The notes beneath the pieces are model-generated. The model worked only from the letters and a program-made list of their open reading frames with translations, was not told the origin of the DNA and did not search any database. 64,000 nt of DNA from the NCBI GenBank assembly GCA_016722525.1, contig JADKJB010000013.1, positions 58,914-122,913 of the forward strand, written 5' to 3'. This document shows positions 52,961-61,224 of the stretch, one piece after another. The first letter of the stretch is position 1. The number at the start of each line of letters is the position of its first letter. Source of the stretch: Bacteroidota bacterium. GTDB lineage: Bacteria; Bacteroidota; Bacteroidia; AKYH767-A; OLB10. The position numbers and the translations under genes are program-made.

Positions 52961-52973
52961 TTAAAGAAAATTT

Positions 52974-53903
52974 ATGAGAATATTTTTTATACTTGTTTTA
53001 ATAGGCTCAAATTGTATCTATTCATACGGATGTGATTTTTGCAACTGTTACCTGGGACTAAATCCCGGCTATAATAAAAACACTATTGGAGTTCGTGGTA
53101 ATCTTAGGTTTGCTTCCCTCAATATTCCGTCTCCAACTTTGCGGTTATCTCATCTAGGACATGGTGAAACAACACCCACAACCGGAGGTGAACTGAAAGA
53201 AACATTCGCAAGCATGGAAATTTTTGCACGAATTTATCCGATTTCGAAATTGCAATTGATATTCAACATGCCTTATTCAGTGAATACTATTGAATACCAC
53301 GATACCAGTGAAACTCGTTCCGGTTTGTCAGATATGACTCTCTTAGCTATGTATCAGCTTGCCAACACCATGCCTCTTGATTCCGGTTCGGTAAGACACA
53401 GGGTTTTTGCCGGAGTTGGGATAAAACTTCCTACAGGAAAATATGAGGCGCCAGATGACGTTACTATCCCAATGGCCGATCACTTGTATTCCGGAACTGG
53501 CAGTACTGATGTTATTTTCGCTGTTTCCTATTTGGGTAAATTGAATAAATTAGGATGGAATGCCGATATGAATTTTAAAATTAATTCTGAGAATAATCTT
53601 AATTATAAATATGGTAATTCAGTAAATTTTACACCAAGATTGTTTTATGAATTCAAATTGCATGCTTTAACCATCTATCCACATATTGGAGCTGCCTATG
53701 AAAGTGGAGACACCGATGAATTGGATGGATTAGAGCAATCCGATACCGGAGGTGAAATTATTTATGGGTCGGCCGGAATAGATTGGTATTTTAATATATT
53801 TTCTATTGCTTCTGAACTGAAGTTGCCACTTTACAATGACCTAGCCAGTGGAATGCCTGTTGATAAATCATGGTTTATTGCATCTGTTAATATCCATTTC
53901 TAA
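52974..53903 (+). CDS. Outer-membrane beta-barrel 'transporter' protein (MetA/phenol-degradation-like fold, tentative) with N-terminal CDFCNC motif
   Basis: A signal peptide is followed by YGCDFCNCYLG. The alternating beta-strand pattern includes GLSDMTLLAMYQL and GTGSTD. The C-terminal residue is Phe (VNIHF). Confidence 0.6.
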   Translation: MRIFFILVLIGSNCIYSYGCDFCNCYLGLNPGYNKNTIGVRGNLRFASLNIPSPTLRLSHLGHGETTPTTGGELKETFASMEIFARIYPISKLQLIFNMPYSVNTIEYHDTSETRSGLSDMTLLAMYQLANTMPLDSGSVRHRVFAGVGIKLPTGKYEAPDDVTIPMADHLYSGTGSTDVIFAVSYLGKLNKLGWNADMNFKINSENNLNYKYGNSVNFTPRLFYEFKLHALTIYPHIGAAYESGDTDELDGLEQSDTGGEIIYGSAGIDWYFNIFSIASELKLPLYNDLASGMPVDKSWFIASVNIHF

Positions 53904-53905
53904 AT

Positions 53906-54349
53906 TTGAAAAACTTGAAAAATACCATTTTAAAATTTGCATGTAGTTTTTTAATCCCTATGATGGTTGTCTTTACTTCTTGCAAAGATGATAAAGATGA
54001 TCCTGAACCAACATGTGTTGGCGGAAAAGGAGGAGCCGTAACTTTTGTGCTCAAACCTCAGCATCATGGCGAACCTATTCCCTCCACAGCCGCGTATCCT
54101 GATTCTGCTTTTATTAAATTTAATGTAAGTGAATTCCCGGGAGACAATCCTGCACTTTATGATTTGGTAGTTGTTGGTACTGATGGTGCTTTTGAAGTTA
54201 ATGTTGATTCCATGAAGTGTGGAAAATATTTTATTTTCATGACAGGATTCGATGCCAGCATCGCTGAAAGAGTAAAAGGAGGAATTCCTGTAACTATATC
54301 TATTGAAACAGGAACAAAAGTTATTAATATTCCTGTTACCGAAGATTGA
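53906..54349 (+). CDS. Small hypothetical lipoprotein
   Basis: It starts (TTG) 2 nt after the barrel gene stop. The lipoprotein signal is FLIPMMVVFTSC followed by KDDKDD. A beta-sandwich-like remainder contains HH and Cys residues. Confidence 0.5.
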   Translation: MKNLKNTILKFACSFLIPMMVVFTSCKDDKDDPEPTCVGGKGGAVTFVLKPQHHGEPIPSTAAYPDSAFIKFNVSEFPGDNPALYDLVVVGTDGAFEVNVDSMKCGKYFIFMTGFDASIAERVKGGIPVTISIETGTKVINIPVTED

Positions 54350-54601
54350 TTTAACTTGCAGCTAAAACACTTTGTTTTATGGACGGAATTTTTCTGCAAC
54401 TATTTTTTTTTGTTTTAATTTTTAGAGCAATTTCTAATCAATTAAATTTTTAATCTTACTTTTTTCTTCAAATTTTGTCTGTGAGAAAAATTTAGAATTA
54501 ATGCTATTTCTCTGCCTAGTTGAAAAGATGCTCTTTCAATCATTTTTTTTATTCATTAAGTTTTATAATTTCGCTCCGAACAAATTAAACCCAAAACAAT
54601 T

Positions 54602-55309
54602 ATGAAATTACAATTATTAGTAGCTACCGCTGTTGCTGTGGTTGCTTGTACACAATTGGCCAATGGTCAAAAAATTGACAAATTTGGAGCCGACATGGGT
54701 AAGAAATCTGCCATGGGAAAAGAAATACGAGTTCCTTATACTGATTTGATCAGCTATTATGGCTATGTGAAACCGGGTGCTGCACCTGATGAAACAAGAG
54801 AAGGTAAAAAATATTACTATCTCTATGTTTGGATTCCAGCTGTTGCTCCCGAATTAGGTGTTCGTATGGTCTCTCCTGTTCCAGACAAAATGGCTCCTGA
54901 AGCAACGGATTTTGTCGGTGCCGATTTTAAGGCAAATGAAACTGATAAAACTAATTATTTTGATACCTGGATCACTTTAGAAAGAGCTGATGGTGTGACT
55001 AAAGCCGAAGATATCGTTGCTAAAGGCAAAGGAGCAACCTGGAATAAATACGATTCAAATGATGATTCATCCGAATTACCAGCTCAACCTTCAGGAAGTA
55101 AATATAATTCATTAATGAGAATTACCAGTGAAACCAGCAACCCAACAAAATCATTGGTAGTTGGATTATACAGAATTGGATTTACCACCTATAAGACAGG
55201 TGAGGTGCAGGGAAGTTTTGTAGCTCAAGTTGGTTCTCCGGTAAAATTACCGGGTGTTCAAATAGCTCAGAATATGGAATCTTTGATGAAAGCAGTTACC
55301 GGCAAATAA
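54602..55309 (+). CDS. LipL32-family lipoprotein homolog
   Basis: The signal/lipobox is AVAVVAC. Blocks match my recollection of Leptospira LipL32: ISYYGYVKPGAAPD, YYYLYVWIPAVAPELGVRMVSP, FDTWITLER, KYNSLMRI and GLYRIGFTTYKTGEVQGSFVAQVG. Confidence 0.8.
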   Translation: MKLQLLVATAVAVVACTQLANGQKIDKFGADMGKKSAMGKEIRVPYTDLISYYGYVKPGAAPDETREGKKYYYLYVWIPAVAPELGVRMVSPVPDKMAPEATDFVGADFKANETDKTNYFDTWITLERADGVTKAEDIVAKGKGATWNKYDSNDDSSELPAQPSGSKYNSLMRITSETSNPTKSLVVGLYRIGFTTYKTGEVQGSFVAQVGSPVKLPGVQIAQNMESLMKAVTGK

Positions 55310-55320
55310 TTTTATTGCTC

Positions 55321-55375
55321 CTAACTAAATAAAAAATGCCCCGGGATTTTCCCGGGGCATTTTTTATTTAGTTAG
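55321..55375. terminator. Bidirectional terminator: perfect 25-bp inverted repeat between convergent genes
   Basis: CTAACTAAATAAAAAATGCCCCGGG (55321-55345), loop ATTTT, then the exact reverse complement at 55351-55375. The GC core is flanked by an A-run and a T-run. Confidence 0.85.
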
Positions 55376-55384
55376 GATATTGAT

Positions 55385-57303
55385 TTATTGAACAATGAAT
55401 TTCCCCATTCTTCTGTCTCCATTTTGTTGTATCATAATTACATAAATTCCTTTTCCAAAAGTAGATACATCCATCTGCATTTTATTCACCCCCTCTTGAA
55501 TTTCATAATTGCTGTTATAGACTAATCTGCCGGTCATATCCATTATTGAAACAGATGAACTAGTTGCAATATCTGAAATAAATTCGAATGTAGCCTGAGA
55601 ATTAACAGGATTTGGAACGGCTACAATACCTGACAACAAATCATCTTTTGATGCATTTGAATTGTTGTCTTCATAGCGGAATGGTGTTGAACTGGCGTTC
55701 ACTCTCAATGTGTAACATTGAGTGCCACTGTTTGCACCGTTATATCCATAAACTTTTATGTAATAAGTGGTGGCAGTTGTTGTATTGCGTTTTATTGACT
55801 CTGAAGTGCTACCGCTATTTTGACCTGTTGCAAGTGTTGATAATGAAGAGCTGTATAATTTGACATCATAATCTGCTACCAAATTAGTAAGATTCACTTG
55901 TACATTGGTATTAGGTGATACCGTTGTAAATTTAAACCAGTCAACATCTGTTGAACTTGAAATCAATGCGCTAATATTGGTATTGACTGAAATTGTTTTT
56001 GCAGTTGATGAGTTGTTGTTCGACTCGTAAATATCAGAGCAACCGGAAACGGATGAAGTGGTAAATGATCCTTGCGAAGAATAAACACCATTTGTACTTC
56101 CGCAAATTGCCTGCACCTGGAAAACATAGGCTCTAGCCGCACTTAGTCCACTGATTGCTTTTGAATTTGTGGATGAAGTGGTGGAGGTCCAATTCGCTGC
56201 TGCAGTTGTTTTGTATTGTACATTATAAGAAGTTGCACCTGACACTGCACTCCAGTTTAAAGTGGCACTGGTTGTTGTTACTAAAGTTGTACTCAGTGCC
56301 CCTGCAGTTCCGCAGCTACCTCCCCCGGAAGGAGGGGTACAGCCTAATGAAGAAAGCAATGAAGATCGTGATGAAGAAATACTTGCATTCATTCTTGTTG
56401 ATTGTCCGGATGTAAACATATTCATACATAAATCATCAGTATAGTCCATATAATTCATAAACATGTCGCCATTAACTCCATTGCTGCATGTGGTATGAGG
56501 AAAGGTGGGGCAACCAAAATTCGAAGTTTGCTGAGTTGGTGTATCCGAAACAAGATCACTCCCGCAATTGGCATCTCCCCAAATATGACGTAGATTTAAC
56601 CAGTGTCCAACTTCGTGTGTGGCTGTCCGGCCTAAATGATACGGTGTTGAAGTTCCGGGTGCTGATGGTCCTCCAATGGATGAGAAAAGAAGTACTACCC
56701 CGTCTGTGGCAGTTGGACCTCCCGGAAATTGCGCATATCCAAGAACACCCCGCTCAGATTTCCTGACCAGATATTCAGATAACTGGCAGTCGGCCATGGA
56801 TCCACACCACCGTTTGCAGTCCTTTTTATGTTATCATTGGTACTGAATGAAGTAGCTGTTGTTTGTTTTCTGTTAATACCTGTCGTTGCATTTCCATTTG
56901 GATCGCGTTGTGCCAGGCAGAATTGAATATTTGTATTCACAGCCACACCTTGAAATGCGGAAGGAGTGTTACCGGCATCTGCATTTAACCTTGCAAAATC
57001 TTTATTCAAAACACCTAGTTGTGCAAGGATTTTTGCATCTGAAATATTTTGTGTGGTACTATTGTAAACAATGTGAAAAACAACAGGAATGGTAATAACT
57101 GCCTGATTTCGTTGATTTGGATTGGCTGCTATCCAATTCTGAACGTCGGTTTCAAGTTGTGCCATTCGTAACTCGAGCTGTGGATCTGCCAGCTTTTGGG
57201 CAGCCAAATAATCCATAGATCCACAATTGCGTTGATTTTGTGCACTCAGTTTTCCAAAGAGCAGTGTGCCGGATAGGAGCAGGCACAGATAAATTTTTCT
57301 CAT
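55385..57303 (-). pseudogene. Secreted zinc metalloprotease, M43 (pappalysin-like) catalytic domain + FN3 + pre-peptidase C-terminal (PPC) domain + T9SS C-terminal sorting domain; one frame break as sequenced
   Basis: A signal peptide is present. YLNIW..NLSG | [11 protein letters not shown] spans the break at C4 56748-56751 (G4 on the coding strand). The zinc site is [15 protein letters not shown]. The FN3 region is [19 protein letters not shown] and the PPC region is DVDWFKF...YYIKVYGY. The CTD is [13 protein letters not shown]...[21 protein letters not shown]. Confidence 0.88.
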
Positions 57304-57344
57304 AGTTCAGTTGGTTTAAGTTTTTAAAGTTGGTTTAACGGAAT

Positions 57345-57352
57345 CAAATATA
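57345..57352 (-). promoter_or_regulatory. -7 box TATATTTG upstream of the M43 protease gene
   Basis: The plus strand reads CAAATATA. It lies 42 nt upstream of the ATG at 57303. Confidence 0.4.
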
Positions 57353-57922
57353 TAACATACTTGGCCGGAAGGCAATAGCCAGTTTTTTTATCAGGATAGT
57401 TATACAGGGTTTTTCCACTTTTGCTCCTTTAAAACTTTTGAGAAAAGTCTGATGGGTCGTTCAAGATCATATGATTTTATTAATCACAGGACCGTTTTGC
57501 ATTCAAATCCTGAAACAATCCTAATTTACTTTTGTAAAGACATGTAATTCAATAATATACGATATATTCGGGGTGGTTAGTTTTGTGAAATCATTGACTT
57601 CTTCAAAGGAATTAGGCAATACATTCATAAAACGGTACGAATTATATGAAAATCATCAATATATGTCGAAAATTGCACTCTAGTATTCCTTCAGTTTTTG
57701 TTTTTCAGTTGAAAAAGAGGAATAAATTGCCTTTTCGATTTTGATTTCTTTGATATAAATTATTTTAAATCAACCATTTAATTAAAAAACAAAGAAATTT
57801 TCTCTGCATCTTCGACCCTAAATAACAATTTCAGATAAGGTTTTGATATGATAGAAATAATTTTTTCCTTTGCTATTCCAAAAAACCAGTAAGCACTTCT
57901 ACAATTTAACACATTTCACATT

Positions 57923-59869
57923 ATGATGAGCCGTACAAAATGCCTGATTTTTCTTTTGGCAACCCTTTTGTCAATGCCAGTCTTTGCACAAAAAGCAAAA
58001 TCGCCTAAAAGCAAGACTCCAAAAGCCGATAACGCCTACAATCAGGCCAATTATTATAAGGCTACCGAACTGTACAAAAAATGTTACTCCAAACACAAAA
58101 ACAAAAGCGATAAGGCTGTAACTGCTTTTAAATTAGGTGAGTCTTACCGAATGGTGAGTAATTGGAAAGAAGCAAGCGGTTGGTACGAGAAAGCAGTTAA
58201 CGATGGGAATAAAGACCCTATGGCTACTTTGCGTTATGCCGAAGCTCTTAAATCTACTGGTCGTTATGATGAATCTATTGCTCAGTACAATGCATATAAA
58301 GTATTGGTACCTGATGATAACCGCATTGATGCAGCAATTCAGGCAAGTACTGCAGCTCAAGGCTGGAAAGATAAACCAACTCGTGCGGTTGTTGAAAATG
58401 CCAGTGCGTTGAATACGAAATACTTTGATTTTTCTCCCGCTAAATCAAATAGCCCTAACGGGATGTTTTTTACTTCTTCCCGTATGGAAGCAACAGGTGG
58501 AAGCAATGACGGCTGGTATGGTGAAAAATTCTTCGATCTTTTTACCACAGCTATGGATAATAATGGAAAATGGAGCACCCCGGTTGTTATTCCTCCTCCA
58601 GTAAATTCCTCATCTTCTGATGGAGCTTCCTTTTGGGATGCTACTAATAATGTGATGTATTTTACACGTTGTCAGAAAGTAAAAGGTAAAGAAGGATTAT
58701 GCAGACTTTATAAATCAGTTTTTAAAGATGCGAAATGGGGTGAGCCTGAAGCGCTTCCTTTTGCAAGTGAAGATTATACAACTGGTCACCCTGCTTTAAA
58801 TGCAGATGGTTCTGTTATGTATTTTGTTTCCGATATGCCTGGGACTCTTGGCGATAAAGATATTTTTATGGTGAGATGGGATGCGGCTGCTGCAAACTGG
58901 GGCACTCCTGTTAACCTTGGAAGTGCAGTGAATACCAATGGTACTGAAATGTATCCATATGTATCTGCAAGTGGTAAACTCTATTTCTCCAGTAACGGCC
59001 ATGCTGGTATGGGAGGTCTTGATATTTTTACAGCAACGGAAGAAGGCGGATCTTGGGGAAATGTGACCAACCTGCGTTCACCAATGAATTCTCCCGGTGA
59101 TGATTTTGGGATTATGTTTGATACCGATATGACTGGTTTCCTTTCTTCGAATCGTGAAGGTGGTCTTGGTGCAGATGATATTTACTCTTTCCGTATTCCT
59201 CCTCCAATCTTTTCTGTAGGTGGTCGTGTTTATGATACCGATACCAAAGAAAGTATACCTGGTGCAACCGTTGAGCTATTCGGAAGTGATGGAACTTCCT
59301 TAAGTGTTAAAACTGGAGCAGATGGCATGTACCGTTATGATCTCAAACCACAAGTTAAATATAAAATTTCTGCATCTTACACCGGTTATTTAACTAAGTT
59401 TCTTGAAGTTTCTACTGTAGGAATTGATGAATCTAAAGACTTTGTCGGTGACTTCGATTTCCCATTAAAGTCTACTGCTAAGCCTATCGAACTTCCTGAA
59501 ATATTCTACGACCTCGACAAGGCAACCCTGCGTCCTGAGTCGAAGAAAGAACTGGATGGTTTAATCAAAGTGCTTGATGAGAATCCAACAATTACTATTC
59601 GCATAGAGTCACATACCGATACCCGTGCAACTAACGAATACAACGTTGATTTGTCAAAGCGTCGTGCAAAATCTGTTGTTGATTACTTAATCAAGAATAA
59701 TGTGGATAAAGATCGTCTGACTTCAGAAGGATTTGGTGAAACTAAGCCTGTTGTTTCTGATGAAGAAATTGCTAAAATGGCAACCAACGAAGAAAAAGAA
59801 GCTGGCCACCAGAAAAACAGAAGAACCGAATTCAACGTGCTTAGCACAGATTTCGTTCCTAAAAAGTAG
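57923..59869 (+). CDS. PorE-like protein: TPR + TolB-like beta-propeller + carboxypeptidase-regulatory-like domain + OmpA_C peptidoglycan-binding domain
   Basis: A signal peptide is present. The TPR region includes YNQANYYKATELYKK and WYEKAV. Five propeller-like blades include MFFTSSR, VMYFTR, VMYFVSD, KLYFSSN and GFLSSNR. The CRD is GGRVYDTDTKESIPGATVELFG and the OmpA_C region is IESHTDTRATNEYNVDLSKRRAKSVVDYL...NRRTEFNV. Confidence 0.85.
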   Translation: MMSRTKCLIFLLATLLSMPVFAQKAKSPKSKTPKADNAYNQANYYKATELYKKCYSKHKNKSDKAVTAFKLGESYRMVSNWKEASGWYEKAVNDGNKDPMATLRYAEALKSTGRYDESIAQYNAYKVLVPDDNRIDAAIQASTAAQGWKDKPTRAVVENASALNTKYFDFSPAKSNSPNGMFFTSSRMEATGGSNDGWYGEKFFDLFTTAMDNNGKWSTPVVIPPPVNSSSSDGASFWDATNNVMYFTRCQKVKGKEGLCRLYKSVFKDAKWGEPEALPFASEDYTTGHPALNADGSVMYFVSDMPGTLGDKDIFMVRWDAAAANWGTPVNLGSAVNTNGTEMYPYVSASGKLYFSSNGHAGMGGLDIFTATEEGGSWGNVTNLRSPMNSPGDDFGIMFDTDMTGFLSSNREGGLGADDIYSFRIPPPIFSVGGRVYDTDTKESIPGATVELFGSDGTSLSVKTGADGMYRYDLKPQVKYKISASYTGYLTKFLEVSTVGIDESKDFVGDFDFPLKSTAKPIELPEIFYDLDKATLRPESKKELDGLIKVLDENPTITIRIESHTDTRATNEYNVDLSKRRAKSVVDYLIKNNVDKDRLTSEGFGETKPVVSDEEIAKMATNEEKEAGHQKNRRTEFNVLSTDFVPKK

Positions 59870-59880
59870 CTTACTAAATA

Positions 59881-59927
59881 ATAAATACGGAAAGCATTCA
59901 CGTCTCGTGAATGCTTTCCGTATTTAT
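59881..59927 (+). terminator. Perfect 22-bp stem / 3-nt loop hairpin after the PorE-like gene
   Basis: ATAAATACGGAAAGCATTCACG (59881-59902), loop TCT, then CGTGAATGCTTTCCGTATTTAT (59906-59927). There is no long T-tract, but the 3' arm ends in TATTTAT. Confidence 0.65.
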
Positions 59928-59947
59928 ACTCATTCCTTAAATCTATC

Positions 59948-61141
59948 ATGAACGATCAGTCCAGGTATATGTCGCGTGGTGTTTCTTCCTCTAAGGAAGA
60001 TGTGCATAACGCTATCAGTAAAATCGACAAAGGATTGTTTCCAAAAGCTTTTTGTAAAATTGTTCCTGATTATCTCGGAAATGATCCTGAATGGTGCAAT
60101 ATCATGCATGCCGATGGTGCAGGTACCAAATCATCACTGGCATATGCCTATTGGAAGGAAACCGGCGATCTGTCGGTTTGGAAAGGAATCGCTCAAGATG
60201 CCATTGTCATGAATATTGATGATCTTTTATGTGTAGGTGCTGTCGATAATATTCTTATTTCATCAACCATTGGAAGAAACAAAAATCTCATACCCGGAGA
60301 AGTTATTGCCGCCATCATTAATGGAACTGAACAACTTTTGGAGGAATTACGCAAACATGGCATAAATATTTATTCAACCGGAGGTGAAACAGCCGATGTA
60401 GGAGATCTCGTCAGAACCATTATAGTCGATTCTACGGTGACTTGTAGAATGCCAAGAGCAAATGTTATCACGAACGATGCTATTCAACCTGGTGACGTTA
60501 TAGTGGGCTTGTCGTCGTATGGTAAAGCATCTTACGAAAATGAATATAACGGTGGCATGGGAAGCAACGGACTCACATCAGCACGTCACGATGTGTTTGC
60601 CAAAAATGTTGCTGAAAAATATCCTGAAACATATGACCATGCTATCGATAGTAAACTGGTATATTCAGGTGGAATGAAACTAACAGATACGGTACATGTG
60701 AAATATGAATATTCTGGAATTGTTGCTGAAATTAGTGCCGGTAAACTAGTGCTTTCTCCTACCAGAACGTATGCCCCGGTCATTAAAAAGATATTGGAAA
60801 AGCATACCGGAAAAATTCATGGAATGGTTCATTGCTCAGGTGGAGGGCAAACCAAAATTCTTCATTTTATCGATCAGCTTCACGTGATTAAAGATAATTT
60901 GTTCCCGGTACCTCCATTATTTGAATTGATTCAAAACCAATCCGGAACTTCATGGAGTGAAATGTATAAAGTATTCAACATGGGCCACCGAATGGAATTG
61001 TATGTGAATGAAAATATCGCAGAAGAAATTATCGCAATTGCAAATTCATTCAGCATAGAGGCGAAAATAATCGGTCGTTGTGAAAATTCGAGCACCAAAC
61101 AACTTACCATCAGTTCAGAAAAAGGAATTTTTAAGTATTGA
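59948..61141 (+). CDS. AIR synthase-related (PurM-superfamily) protein of unknown specific function
   Basis: Intact 397-aa ORF. PurM-like N- and C-domain motifs are present (HADGAGTKS, DDLLCVGA, STGGETADVGD, HCSGGGQTK). Confidence 0.8.
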   Translation: MNDQSRYMSRGVSSSKEDVHNAISKIDKGLFPKAFCKIVPDYLGNDPEWCNIMHADGAGTKSSLAYAYWKETGDLSVWKGIAQDAIVMNIDDLLCVGAVDNILISSTIGRNKNLIPGEVIAAIINGTEQLLEELRKHGINIYSTGGETADVGDLVRTIIVDSTVTCRMPRANVITNDAIQPGDVIVGLSSYGKASYENEYNGGMGSNGLTSARHDVFAKNVAEKYPETYDHAIDSKLVYSGGMKLTDTVHVKYEYSGIVAEISAGKLVLSPTRTYAPVIKKILEKHTGKIHGMVHCSGGGQTKILHFIDQLHVIKDNLFPVPPLFELIQNQSGTSWSEMYKVFNMGHRMELYVNENIAEEIIAIANSFSIEAKIIGRCENSSTKQLTISSEKGIFKY

Positions 61142-61158
61142 AATGTATACTTTACAAA

Positions 61159-61207
61159 CCCACTAACCCACTAACCACCACTAACCACCACTAACCACCA
61201 CTAACCC
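61159..61207 (+). repeat. Tandem CACTAAC-containing repeat (5 copies; spacing 8, 10, 10, 10 nt) in the prfA leader
   Basis: CACTAAC occurs at 61161, 61169, 61179, 61189 and 61199. The unit CCACCACTAA is repeated 3 times exactly. No G occurs between 61146 and 61218. Confidence 0.95.
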
Positions 61208-61224
61208 TCTCCCCATTTGCCAAA

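Noticed and set aside
59683-59951. Two ORFs (88 aa minus strand, 72 aa plus strand) spanning the PorE-like 3' end and the hairpin.
   Set aside because: Both read through the 22-bp perfect hairpin and overlap a well-supported gene. They are mutual mirror images created by the palindrome.
61159-61207. The tandem repeat as a possible CRISPR array or telomere-like sequence.
   Set aside because: The units are only 8-10 nt with no spacers, so it is not CRISPR. Its internal location between two ordinary genes argues against a replicon end.
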